Source: Candidatus Caldarchaeum sp. (GTDB taxonomy: Archaea > Thermoproteota > Nitrososphaeria_A > Caldarchaeales > Caldarchaeaceae). Taken from it: a stretch of DNA of 64,000 bases. Positions 47,557 to 56,471 of this stretch are shown here, in pieces. Location: the NCBI GenBank assembly GCA_033580815.1, contig JAVQUC010000003.1, positions 31,292 through 95,291 of the forward strand, written 5' to 3'. The notes beneath the pieces are model-generated. The model saw only the letters and a list, made by a program, of their open reading frames with translations, was not told the DNA's origin and made no database searches. The stretch's first letter is position 1; every line of letters starts with the position of its first letter. The position numbers and the translations under genes were made by a program.

Positions 47557-48777
47557 ATGATTATATGTATGGTTCGCTGGTTTTATCCATTCGTCGGAAT
47601 GTGTGCAAATGTTATTTTGGGAACGATTTACAGTTGGAGTGTTTTTCGTAAGCCTTTGGAAAACATGTGCGGATGGAACGATTTCGAGTCTTCGCTTCCT
47701 TTTTCCGTGTTTTTGTTCTTTTTCGCGTTGACAATGCCTCTCGGCGGAAAGCTTGTCGCCCGGTTTGGTCCTCGGAACACTGCGATCGTCGGAGGGCTGC
47801 TTGTTGGGTTGGGATGGTCCCTGTCCGGGTTAGTGGTCAACCTTCCCAACTCGCTCCCGCTGACCTTGTTTTCGTACGGTGTTGTGGCAGGCTCCGGTGT
47901 AGGAATTTTCTACGGTGTACCCATAGCTGTTTCAAGCCGTTGGATACCCGAAAGACGTGGGCTCGCAGTCGGTTTGACTGTTCTCGGCTTCGGTCTCTCA
48001 CCCCTGATAACCGCTCCACTGGCATCCGCGCTCATCACCGAGTTCGGAGTTACAGCCGCCTTCACGGGGTTGGGAACAGCCTTCGGAATCCTGCTCGTGC
48101 TCCTCGCTCTTCCCCTCAAATTCCCGACGGCCGCCGTCGCCACCCCAACATCGACGGCTCAAAAAGCAACGGCCAGGGATTACTCCACGAACGAAATGGT
48201 GAAGACAAGCCTGTTCAAAACGCTCTGGCTGCTTTACTTGGTGGGTACTTTCGGCGGGTTCATCGCGATTTCTCTTTCCGCCAAATACTGCATCGAAGTG
48301 GTGGGGCTGACACCTCAGCTAGCTGCGGCTCTTACGGCTGTTTTCGCTGTTTTCAACGGAGCGGGTAGGCCGCTGTTCGGGTATCTTTGCGACAGAATGG
48401 GCGTCCAGAGGACAGCGACCTACTCCTTCGTCATCTTGACCGTGGGAGCACTTCTCGCAAACTTTTCACAGTCTTTGCCAGTCTTCATAGTATCTTTCTC
48501 TCTTTTCTGGCTAGTTTTTGGCGGATGGCTCGCTATAGCACCCAGCGCCACCTCCACGTTCTTCGGGCTCAAAAACATGGGAACAAACTATGGCGTCGTC
48601 TTCACTGCCTACGGCGCTTCCGCTCTCCTCGGCCCACCGGCCGCTTCGGCCCTCCGGGAGCTAACCGGTGCATACTTGATGCCGTTCGCGATGATAGGCG
48701 CGCTGGCCTTGGTCGGTCTCGTTCTTTCAGCCACTAAGCTAAAAGCCGGGGAAGCCCTACTCGCCCAACAGCGATAG
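47557..48777 (+). CDS. MFS transporter, oxalate/formate antiporter-like subfamily
   Basis: 406 aa with 12 predicted TM helices. The N-terminal GTIYSWSVFRKPLE motif is typical of OFA-type MFS proteins (from memory). Confidence 0.7.
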   Translation: MIICMVRWFYPFVGMCANVILGTIYSWSVFRKPLENMCGWNDFESSLPFSVFLFFFALTMPLGGKLVARFGPRNTAIVGGLLVGLGWSLSGLVVNLPNSLPLTLFSYGVVAGSGVGIFYGVPIAVSSRWIPERRGLAVGLTVLGFGLSPLITAPLASALITEFGVTAAFTGLGTAFGILLVLLALPLKFPTAAVATPTSTAQKATARDYSTNEMVKTSLFKTLWLLYLVGTFGGFIAISLSAKYCIEVVGLTPQLAAALTAVFAVFNGAGRPLFGYLCDRMGVQRTATYSFVILTVGALLANFSQSLPVFIVSFSLFWLVFGGWLAIAPSATSTFFGLKNMGTNYGVVFTAYGASALLGPPAASALRELTGAYLMPFAMIGALALVGLVLSATKLKAGEALLAQQR

Positions 48778-48809
48778 TCCCACAAACAACGGTAAATATG
48801 TTGCAGTAG

Positions 48810-49715
48810 TTGCACGTTGCTGGGTTGTCTTGGCTAGACTATTTGCTGAAGGCGGGCGAAGTCGCCAAACAGGTTCGCGCCAAAATCCCCGAAATAGTGA
48901 AGCCGGGAACGAGCTTCCTCGAAATAGCAGAACATGTAGAGGGCATGATACGTGACCTCGGAGCGACGCCCGCTTTCCCCTGCAACATATCCATAGATAG
49001 CGTGGCGGCTCACTATTCACCGCCACCCGGGGACGCGACGATCCTGCATAGAAACTTCGTGGCGAAAATAGATTTCGGAGTCGTGGTTGAGGGCTACATC
49101 GCCGACACCGCGGTTACTGTGACAAACACGGCTGTTGGAGAAATGCTGAAGAACGCCGTTGAAGATGCTCTGAAGGCAGCCGTCAAATCGGTCGCCGACG
49201 GCGTCAAGGCCTCGGCCGTGGGGCGGGTAATCCAAAACGTTCTGACCCGTCACGGAGTCAAGCCAATAAGGAATTTGACGGGTCATGAGATACAGAGGTT
49301 TAACCTGCACGCTGGAGTATCAATCCCCAACATTGCGACAGCGAACGGCGCCAAGCTCCTCGAAGGCCATGTTTACGCTATCGAGCCTTTCGCGACCGTC
49401 GCGGATGGAATAGGAGAAGTTGTCGATGTCAAAACGGCAAACATCTACCGCCTCGAAAAACCCGTTCCAACAGCCAAGCCCGCCTCCGCTGAAACCCTCC
49501 TCCTCAAAACCATAGCGGAACGGTTCAAAGGCCTTCCCTACACTCTGCGTTGGCTCCAAGACCTCGGCCCAGACGCACTAGCCCTTCACCAAAAGCTGGT
49601 GAAAATGGGTAGGCTAAAGTCTTATCACGTCCTTGTCGAAAAAGCCGACAAGCCGGTCGCGCAGGCTGAGCATACGGTCGTCGTCACTAAAGACGGATGT
49701 CTCGTAGTTACTTAG
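48810..49715 (+). CDS. map: Methionine aminopeptidase, type 2 (archaeal)
   Basis: 301 aa. Pita-bread motifs: FPCNISIDSVAAHYSP, KIDFGV, DTAVTV, LTGHEI, YAIEPFAT, QAEHTVVV. The start codon is uncertain (TTG 48810 or 48825). Confidence 0.85.
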   Translation: MHVAGLSWLDYLLKAGEVAKQVRAKIPEIVKPGTSFLEIAEHVEGMIRDLGATPAFPCNISIDSVAAHYSPPPGDATILHRNFVAKIDFGVVVEGYIADTAVTVTNTAVGEMLKNAVEDALKAAVKSVADGVKASAVGRVIQNVLTRHGVKPIRNLTGHEIQRFNLHAGVSIPNIATANGAKLLEGHVYAIEPFATVADGIGEVVDVKTANIYRLEKPVPTAKPASAETLLLKTIAERFKGLPYTLRWLQDLGPDALALHQKLVKMGRLKSYHVLVEKADKPVAQAEHTVVVTKDGCLVVT

Positions 49716-49932
49716 GAGTCTTCTTTTCAGGAACGTAAATGTTCACGATTTTGCTTCTCGTTCCACCGCATTTAGGACATTTCTCGTCCTCGACTATCCT
49801 CATCACGTAGTCATGTTCCTTGAAGGGTCTCGAGTTTTCAACCCCGCAGGTAAAGCAGCGGAGAAAAGTAAGTGGTTCTAGAATTTTTTCCTTCATGCGA
49901 GAGCCAATCACGATCGAGGGTTCACCCATCAA
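49708..49932 (-). CDS. Small zinc-ribbon protein
   Basis: 74 aa with CFTCG and CPKCGG pairs. The start overlaps the upstream gene's stop by 4 nt. The 3' end overlaps the convergent map gene by 8 nt. Confidence 0.5.
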   Translation of the reverse strand: MMGEPSIVIGSRMKEKILEPLTFLRCFTCGVENSRPFKEHDYVMRIVEDEKCPKCGGTRSKIVNIYVPEKKTPK

Positions 49933-51083
49933 ACACCAACTCCTATCGTGTTGCCGATGCCGGCTACGATGGCCGACTCCCCACCATTTACTTTTTCGAG
50001 GATGAGTTTCTTGACTTTTTCGAGGACCAAGTCGGCGGATTTCGCGATAGATTCCCTCATCGGGGTGATCGCCTCAGTGATGGATTGGAAGATGACGAAG
50101 GCATAAAGAGGTATTCCGCGGCTGCGCGCCAATTCCTCGATCTTATACTTGTCCACACCGGGTCCGCCGATGGCTACCCCTACTCCTTCGGCGACCTTCC
50201 CGGTTTCCTCTCCTTCAAGTTTGAGGGCGGCGTCGATGGTTACGATAAGTTTGGGGTTTTCGGGAAGTTTTTCCACGAGTTGTTTGACGGCTTCGCCGGG
50301 CCTGCCCACGGTTCCTCCCGGGCCCGCGGCCCTGACTACGTAGACCTTGCGGTTCTCAATGTCCAGCTCCTGCACTATGGTGTCCTTCGCTATTTCATAC
50401 CTCTCCTTCTCGTGTCCGTCGGCGAGCTTGGCGGCGACTAGCGGACCAACGCCGTCCCCTATTGGCTGGCCTTTGCTGAAGGCCACAGCCGCCTGTTGAT
50501 AGGATTCAGCGATCTCGATGATCATGGGAAGAACCATCTGAATCTGCAAAACCATGTAGATGTTGGAGGTTTTCCTTCCCAGCAGGTAGTAGTGTCGGAC
50601 CACGCGGTAGAGTGTGTTGATTCCACGCAACACTTCGACGAGGTTTGTCAAGGATTTCAACTGATGTTCTGTGGCGTGCGGAGCTATTTTCGCAACTTCG
50701 TCCTCGTAAGACCTTTCGCCAGTTTCGAGGATGTGTTCAAGTTTGTAGACGAGGCCGTAGGGGTCCATGGATTCGGGTTGAATGATGAAGAATTCGCTGA
50801 GACGCTCTATGTCGGGCACTGGGTCCTTCTCGGGCTTGCCCACTCTTTTGATAGTTTCGACCGTCGTTTTGTGTATATCGTCTTTGATTGCTTTCAGTTT
50901 GTTGAGCTTCTTCTCGAGGTCGCGGAGCATGTAGGACAGCTGCATCCTTTGACCAAAGGAAGGATACAGGAAGAATATCATCAGAAAAGCTATCCAGATA
51001 AGCGACAGTAGGAAAGATAGAACGTTGTCACCGCCAGTGGCAGGGTTTAGAACAGCCGAGAAATCAACAACCATTTTCCACAC
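49929..51083 (-). CDS. Membrane-anchored protein of unknown function (DUF1512-like)
   Basis: 384 aa. One N-terminal TM (LSFLLSLIWIAFLMIFFLY), a helical middle, and a Gly-rich C-terminal domain (AAGPGGTVGRPGE, GGPGVDKYK). The DUF1512 assignment is from memory only. Confidence 0.5.
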   Translation of the reverse strand: MWKMVVDFSAVLNPATGGDNVLSFLLSLIWIAFLMIFFLYPSFGQRMQLSYMLRDLEKKLNKLKAIKDDIHKTTVETIKRVGKPEKDPVPDIERLSEFFIIQPESMDPYGLVYKLEHILETGERSYEDEVAKIAPHATEHQLKSLTNLVEVLRGINTLYRVVRHYYLLGRKTSNIYMVLQIQMVLPMIIEIAESYQQAAVAFSKGQPIGDGVGPLVAAKLADGHEKERYEIAKDTIVQELDIENRKVYVVRAAGPGGTVGRPGEAVKQLVEKLPENPKLIVTIDAALKLEGEETGKVAEGVGVAIGGPGVDKYKIEELARSRGIPLYAFVIFQSITEAITPMRESIAKSADLVLEKVKKLILEKVNGGESAIVAGIGNTIGVGV

Positions 51084-51109
51084 CGAGAAAGTAACATGTC
51101 TTTATAAGC

Positions 51110-52909
51110 TTATGCATGCGGAACATCACCTGATTTTGTCCTTTGAAAAGCGCGCAACCTTTTGCCCTTGTAAGCCGGAGTTGCTACGGTTTGGGCCAGC
51201 CGGCTGCTGATTTCTTCTATTTTAGTATTGCATGTTTTGAGAAGCTCTTCATAGATCTGCAGAGTTTTATCAAGGCTTTCCTGCAAAGAAGTTTCTCCAC
51301 GTTCTATCTTCGTCATGTATTCTTCGACGATCCTCCTGGTTTCCGGTGTCACTAACCGCGCGTCTGCTTCGGCAAGCGACTCGATCAGCGACATTCCTAG
51401 CGGTGTTGGTTTGAAGTATTTTCCCTCTTTGACGGCATAGTTTCGTTCGAGTATCAGCTGGGGGTAGAGTGCTCTCGTGGCGTCTGTGCCGATGCCGTTT
51501 TTCTCCATCAGCCTGAGAAGGTCGGCTTCGGTAAGCCTTGGAGGAGGCTTTGTCTCATCTTCGATTACTTGGATCTCTACGATTTCCAGCTTTTCACCCT
51601 GTGATAGCGGTGGAATCGGCCTGTCTGCGGGTTTGAAGTAGTCGAAAGCTTCAAAGAAACCCTGTGAAACCAATCGGACGCCTTGAGCATTCAGAGTCAA
51701 ACCCGCGACGTTCACCACCGTTTGTTGGACAAGTTGAACAGCGTCGTCGAAGAAGGCGTTGGCGTAAAAGCGTCGTGCAACGTATTCCCAAACCTTCATC
51801 ATCATACCCTCACCGCGGAAAGTTTTGATAGGGTAAATGGGTGGGTGTGCGCCGTCGTCCTTTGAGCCGTTCCTCGGGTTCGCCTTGTCAAACACAGGTT
51901 TGACCGCTTTGAGCGGGTCGTATTTCGAGACAGCTTCGAGCGGTGTTTGAAAATCGAAGCTCCTACGATATCTATTCGTATCCGTTCTCGGATAGCTGAT
52001 GTATCCTTCGGCGTACAGCTGCTCCATTAACCCAAGAATTTTGTTTGCCGAAAGCCCCGTCAAACGCGTGAGGTCTCGGAGAACATCGTCAGTCCTCATA
52101 GGCAGAGGTCTCGCAATCTTCCTCTCAGATTCAGAATACTGCGTAACTGTTGCTTCACGAACGTTTCCTATCGACTCCTTGGTTTTCATCACATCGCTCT
52201 GGTTCCAGTACGGGGCGCTTGTGACCTGAAAAACTTCACCGCGTCTGGTCCGTAGCGTGACCGAGATAGTCCAGTATTTCTCCGGTTTGAAGGAGAGAAT
52301 TTGTTTTTCCCTTTCGATGACGAAGTTGAGGGTCGGTGTCTGGCACGACCCCCAGCTGATAAGTCGGACGAAGGCCTTTCGACGCGTTGATTCGGTCAGA
52401 AGCCTTGTGAACGCCGCACCCGTAATAAGGTCGAAAACCTGCCTAAACCTTGCTTTCTCGACCCAACGCATGTTGAGACCTTTTTCCATGTTTCTCAGGC
52501 TTGCGAACAACTCTCTTCTCTCCACGGAGTTGAACCTCATTCTCAAACATTCTCCACCATCGCCGCGGATTTTCCGGTAAGTTTGAAGGATTTCGTGTCC
52601 GATCAGCTCTCCTTCCGAATCGTTGTCGGTCGCGACGACGAGAACCCCTTCTTCCGAGAAAAGTTTGGTCAAGAGTTTGTACGTGGATCTGTCGCTGACC
52701 TTGTCGACGACCTCTCGAAGCTTGATGATTTCGAGCGGGTGTTTTGCTCCCCATTCATATCCGTCCGGCAAGTCGGCTTCCATCATGTGACCTCTCACCG
52801 AAACAACTTCGGCGTTCATCTTAGCCGCAGCAACAACTGCTTTAATCGCCCTAGCTACACTCGCTTTCTCCGCGACGATGAAGAGTTTATTGCTGTTCAT
52901 CGGCTCCAA
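51110..52909 (-). CDS. topA: Type IA DNA topoisomerase (Topo III/Topo I-like core, no zinc-finger tail)
   Basis: 599 aa. Toprim LFIVAEKASVA and TDNDSEGE, and the active-site Tyr motif ISYPRTDTNRY. There is only one Cys in the C-terminal 100 aa. Confidence 0.9.
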   Translation of the reverse strand: MEPMNSNKLFIVAEKASVARAIKAVVAAAKMNAEVVSVRGHMMEADLPDGYEWGAKHPLEIIKLREVVDKVSDRSTYKLLTKLFSEEGVLVVATDNDSEGELIGHEILQTYRKIRGDGGECLRMRFNSVERRELFASLRNMEKGLNMRWVEKARFRQVFDLITGAAFTRLLTESTRRKAFVRLISWGSCQTPTLNFVIEREKQILSFKPEKYWTISVTLRTRRGEVFQVTSAPYWNQSDVMKTKESIGNVREATVTQYSESERKIARPLPMRTDDVLRDLTRLTGLSANKILGLMEQLYAEGYISYPRTDTNRYRRSFDFQTPLEAVSKYDPLKAVKPVFDKANPRNGSKDDGAHPPIYPIKTFRGEGMMMKVWEYVARRFYANAFFDDAVQLVQQTVVNVAGLTLNAQGVRLVSQGFFEAFDYFKPADRPIPPLSQGEKLEIVEIQVIEDETKPPPRLTEADLLRLMEKNGIGTDATRALYPQLILERNYAVKEGKYFKPTPLGMSLIESLAEADARLVTPETRRIVEEYMTKIERGETSLQESLDKTLQIYEELLKTCNTKIEEISSRLAQTVATPAYKGKRLRAFQRTKSGDVPHA

Positions 52910-53423
52910 CCGTGGTCATGAACCTCTTCATCGCGGAATCCCGGCGGAATTCACGGATGCTTTGGACCGCCACCACACGGTTTCCCGTCGGAAGACCAGC
53001 GATAAACAACACGCATTTTTGAAAACCCAGCTTTTCAGCCTTCTTCGCCACGCTTGACGAAATAGCGGGAGCAGACAAGACCGCGTTTCCGACACGACCA
53101 GTGATGATGGCCTGTTTCTCTAGACCGGTAGGTACCTGTATGACTTCACACGAATCGACCTGTACAGCTCGCGGTTGAGCAAGCTCCTTGGCTTCGGACA
53201 AGTCCTGAATTTCGTAAAAGTCGTCAGCTTTAACCACGTATCCAGAAACAGGTGTGCCGACGAAAGCCCATTCCGGAGGAATCCTCAAACGGAAAACAAC
53301 CTCTTCACCTTGAACAGTCGACAAGGTAAAAACATAAACCACTCCGTCACGAAGCGCCCTCACAGCGACCGACGAAAGATATCCAAGAACAGGTTTCCCA
53401 ACCGTCGCCGGAGTCCTGCTCAT
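52887..53423 (-). CDS. Hypothetical protein, translationally coupled to Topo IA
   Basis: The ORF track starts at 53444. ATG 53423 (MSRTPATVGKP..) sits about 32 nt downstream of ATATTTATA (53451-53459). About 178 aa, and the sequence looks beta-rich. No motif recognised. The 3' end overlaps the topA start by 23 nt. Confidence 0.5.
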   Translation of the reverse strand: MSRTPATVGKPVLGYLSSVAVRALRDGVVYVFTLSTVQGEEVVFRLRIPPEWAFVGTPVSGYVVKADDFYEIQDLSEAKELAQPRAVQVDSCEVIQVPTGLEKQAIITGRVGNAVLSAPAISSSVAKKAEKLGFQKCVLFIAGLPTGNRVVAVQSIREFRRDSAMKRFMTTVGADEQQ

Positions 53424-53563
53424 CGACCAGCCCAAAAACAGCATGAACAGATATTTATAACGTACTCATTCGACGAACACCGGATCAAAATTCGGTCTGA
53501 GACTTGATTGGCGAAACATCACCGATGAAACAAGATAAATAAAGGCTTCCCAATATATTGTAT

Positions 53564-53638
53564 GGCCCCGGTAGCGCAGGCTGGGAGCGCGCCCGGCTGA
53601 AGACCGGGGTGTCGGCGGTTCAAGTCCGCCCCGGGGCA
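53564..53638 (+). tRNA. tRNA-Phe (anticodon GAA)
   Basis: Hand-folded. Acceptor GGCCCCG/CCGGGGC (a G-C, C-G, and so on, 7-bp helix), anticodon stem CCCGG/CCGGG with loop CTGAAGA, and T arm GGCGG-TTCAAGT-CCGCC. It is followed by TTTT (53639-53642). Confidence 0.85.
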
Positions 53639-53795
53639 TTTTCAGGAGAACTGGGGACATGAGTTCTTGCGTTGTTCGTCTCCGATGTTTCAACGAGTCA
53701 CGGGTTGCGCTATATGTTGCGGTGGGGTTGACATCCCTAGATGCGAAAAGCGAAAATAGCAGCTCTGCGCGAACTCTATGAGGTTTTGACACTGA

Positions 53796-54338
53796 ATGTC
53801 GTTGCAAAACGTGTTTGATGGTCTGTTTTCCATTCTGCCATCCTCTTTCACGGGTTTTCCGGTCCTCATCTTGGTGGTCGTTGGTTTGGCGCTCGTGTTT
53901 TTCGGAAGAAAGCTGGCTAAAGCACTGGCATTCATCGTGACGGGAACTGCAGCAGCCCTTCTCGCAGCCAACTTCCTACCCCAGTATTTGGGAGGTCCCA
54001 TAACGTTGGTAGCTGCCATCGTATCGTTCATCGTTGGCGGCTTGATTGGTTTATTCGTCCTAAGAATCGGTATAGGAATAGCCTTTGGCGTACTCGGATA
54101 CTTTTTCACAACGTCGTTCGGCGCTGAACTACTGGTCGCTGTGGTGGTCGGCGTTATCCTTTTTATTGTCGGTTATGTGCTTTCCGACAGAATTTTAGCG
54201 GCCGCGACAGCGTTGCTCGGCGGCTTAGTTCTCATCCTCGCACTCACTGCGTTGGGATTTCCGTCAATAGTATCGTTGGCGGTCGCAGCAATCCTAGCGG
54301 CAGCGGGTCTACACGTCCAAATGCGGCAGAAAGGCTAA
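53796..54338 (+). CDS. Integral membrane protein, function unknown
   Basis: 180 aa. Five to six Gly/Ala/Val-rich TM helices and essentially no soluble domain. Confidence 0.6.
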   Translation: MSLQNVFDGLFSILPSSFTGFPVLILVVVGLALVFFGRKLAKALAFIVTGTAAALLAANFLPQYLGGPITLVAAIVSFIVGGLIGLFVLRIGIGIAFGVLGYFFTTSFGAELLVAVVVGVILFIVGYVLSDRILAAATALLGGLVLILALTALGFPSIVSLAVAAILAAAGLHVQMRQKG

Positions 54339-54489
54339 AGCACCATGCAGCGTACCTAAGGTGTGCACATCATCCTGTTTAAGCATGGTTTCATATCTGG
54401 TCTTTATCTGTTTGATGGCGCATTGTCGACCCGGACAGGAAGGGCGTGGATTCAGCCCAAACATAGTAATCTTGATGGAGAGCGGGCGA

Positions 54490-54532
54490 GGGTAGTGGTG
54501 TCGACCTGCTGTTCGTGGTTGACTAACTACCC
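54490..54532 (+). other. Extended imperfect hairpin in non-coding DNA
   Basis: Outer stem GGGTAGT (54490-96) / ACTACCC (54526-32). Inner stem GTCGACC (54500-06) / GGTTGAC (54517-23, one G-U). 10-nt loop. A second hairpin is GGCTTT-7nt-AAAGCC at 54547-54565. Confidence 0.35.
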
Positions 54533-54835
54533 GAGTACTTGCGTATGGCTTTCGCCAGAAAAGCCAACAAGAATCTGAAAGATAGCGTTTGCAATAAGAA
54601 ACTGAGGCCAAAAAGTGGGGTTCGACAGTTTCGGAAATCATCCTAATCCGCCAGGAAATTGCAAACGTCCTCCGATGCTTGTCGAAGACGGCGTGATTGA
54701 CCGCGATGCTGGAGTTGCGAGCTTTGGCCGGTGAGCTTGAAGAAATGGGCGCCAACGTGGTTGAATCGGAGAAAGGCCGCCATTCAAGCCTGATGTAAAG
54801 CCCGACCGGGAGTTCTTCGTTTGAAGAATCATGAA

Positions 54836-54958
54836 ATGGCTGAACACCATCTTCAGCAGGCGAAACGCCGCTTTAAAGAAGCCCGAATGGCTTTGGCTGA
54901 CGAGGATTTCGCCTCCGTGGTTTGTAGTTGTAACCTAATATTATTGTTAACCGACTGA
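54836..54958 (+). pseudogene. HEPN-domain-like gene fragment (truncated)
   Basis: 40-codon ORF MAEHHLQQAKRRFKEARMALADEDFASVVCSCNLILLLTD. Its first ~30 aa resemble the opening helix pair of HEPN toxins (A..L..A...L..A...L....Y..). It stops long before the Rx4-6H motif. No intact partner nucleotidyltransferase gene lies upstream. Confidence 0.25.
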
Positions 54959-55225
54959 GCCGGAAATCGAACCTTTTGTTGTCAAAAGCCGCCCATCAGA
55001 ACCGAGTCGAAATTCAATGCAGTCTAATGGCCGGATTTTTGAAGGGTTCCGATTCTGAAATAGTCTGTTTCCTACCCGTTTCGGGGTGCAGAAAGCCGCT
55101 GTATCGTTTCCCCGTAGACCTCTCTCGGTACTTTTTATTCGTTCTGAAATTATCCTCACCCAAATATACAATATTTCGGATAATGTTAAATCCCTTTGCT
55201 CACTAATCCTATCGTGGAGCGGCTC

Positions 55226-56467
55226 ATGTTAAAGAAAGCGGTCATCCCGATAGGGGGTTTGGGAACTCGTCTTTACCCGTTGACCGTCGACACATCGAAA
55301 GCAATGATACGTTTTCTTAACCGGCCTTTGATCGAATGGATGGTGGTCTCCCTTGTTTCTCAAGGAATTCGCGAAGTCTATTTGGCGGTCAGCGGGTTTA
55401 ACAACTACATCCCTTTAATAGATTATATGGGGGGTGGGGAGAGGATTGCGTTTGCGATGAGGATGGCTCCCGACGTCTTTCGTGTGAGGTATCAGCCCAA
55501 CATAGAGAGCCTTGGGAACGCTCACGCTGTTAAAGTCATTTTGGACTATTATGGAATAAACGAGCCCGTTCTGGTGTTGCAGGGAGACACCGTGGCCAAG
55601 CTCGACCTAGTGAATATCTGGGTTTCACATTACGAGAATGGGTCGTTCATGTCGATTGGGCTTAAGGAGTTGGAGCCTTGGAAGGACTTGAGCATGTACG
55701 GAGTCGCTGACGTCGACGAGGAATTTCGCATTAGGAGGTTTGTGGAAAAACCCAAAACATCTCCGCCATCCCGCCTCGTAAACACGGGCATATACGTTCT
55801 TTCGCCTCAGTTTCTCGACTTCTTCAAAACATCTGTCGGCCAGCATCTTCTCAACACTGGTCAGATGGATTTCGGCCGGCATGTGATCCCCGCTTTGATA
55901 GAGCATGGCTACAAGGTCAGCGGGTTCCAGCTCGATGGTCATTGGTTTGACATCGGAACCCCTGAAACCTACGTGGAAGCTGTTTTCTACATGTTGAGAA
56001 ATTTGAGCTTGGACGACCTCGGCGTCACCTCAAGCTACAAGGGAGTTAGAATGCAGGGTAGAACTCCCGAATCTCGGAGGCTTCACAACGAACTGATTGA
56101 GAGAGAGAAGACGGGTCAAATATCATTCGAAGGAGACATCTTGCTGGGCAGACACATTTTCGTGGGAAATGGTACACAGATATCCAACTCAGTAATTGAT
56201 CACTACACCATAATTGGTGAAAAAGTCACGGTAGAAAATTCGGTAATCATGGACAGGTGCGTCATAGGCTCTGGAAGTGTTGTCAAGGATTGCATAGTGG
56301 GAAGACACGTAAAAATTGGTCAAAACGTTGAGCTGCTCGGTTCTATTGTGGGAAACGGCGCTGAAGTTATGGATGGCGTGAAATGCGTCGGCTCCAAGAT
56401 TTGGCCTCACCAGAGGATATCGGAGAAAAGCGAGTTTAACAACGTCGTGACGCATCAACTCGCGTGA
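55226..56467 (+). CDS. Sugar-1-phosphate nucleotidyltransferase with C-terminal left-handed beta-helix (GlgC-equivalent candidate)
   Basis: The ORF track starts at TTG 55196. ATG 55226 gives [20 protein letters not shown] (the G-x-G-T-R motif). The C-terminus has hexapeptide repeats. glgB starts 4 nt downstream. Confidence 0.8.
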   Translation: MLKKAVIPIGGLGTRLYPLTVDTSKAMIRFLNRPLIEWMVVSLVSQGIREVYLAVSGFNNYIPLIDYMGGGERIAFAMRMAPDVFRVRYQPNIESLGNAHAVKVILDYYGINEPVLVLQGDTVAKLDLVNIWVSHYENGSFMSIGLKELEPWKDLSMYGVADVDEEFRIRRFVEKPKTSPPSRLVNTGIYVLSPQFLDFFKTSVGQHLLNTGQMDFGRHVIPALIEHGYKVSGFQLDGHWFDIGTPETYVEAVFYMLRNLSLDDLGVTSSYKGVRMQGRTPESRRLHNELIEREKTGQISFEGDILLGRHIFVGNGTQISNSVIDHYTIIGEKVTVENSVIMDRCVIGSGSVVKDCIVGRHVKIGQNVELLGSIVGNGAEVMDGVKCVGSKIWPHQRISEKSEFNNVVTHQLA

Positions 56468-56471
56468 GAAG

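Noticed and set aside
54425-54460. CCCGGACAGGAAGGGCG, reminiscent of the SRP RNA helix-8 CCCGGAAGGGAGCA motif
   Set aside because: The loop would be 9 nt instead of a GNAR tetraloop. The flanking AGCA/symmetric-loop elements and a helix-5 partner could not be found by eye. It needs a covariance-model scan before any call.
54309-54755. 148-aa minus-strand ORF in the large intergenic region
   Set aside because: Its composition (R, S, C, W, P-rich) and lack of any recognisable motif or promoter context argue against coding. It overlaps the 3' end of the membrane protein gene.
54941-54985. Minus-strand GGTTCGATTTCCGG resembling a tRNA T-arm
   Set aside because: No complementary T-stem, acceptor stem or anticodon arm can be drawn around it, so it is not a tRNA or an obvious tRNA fragment.
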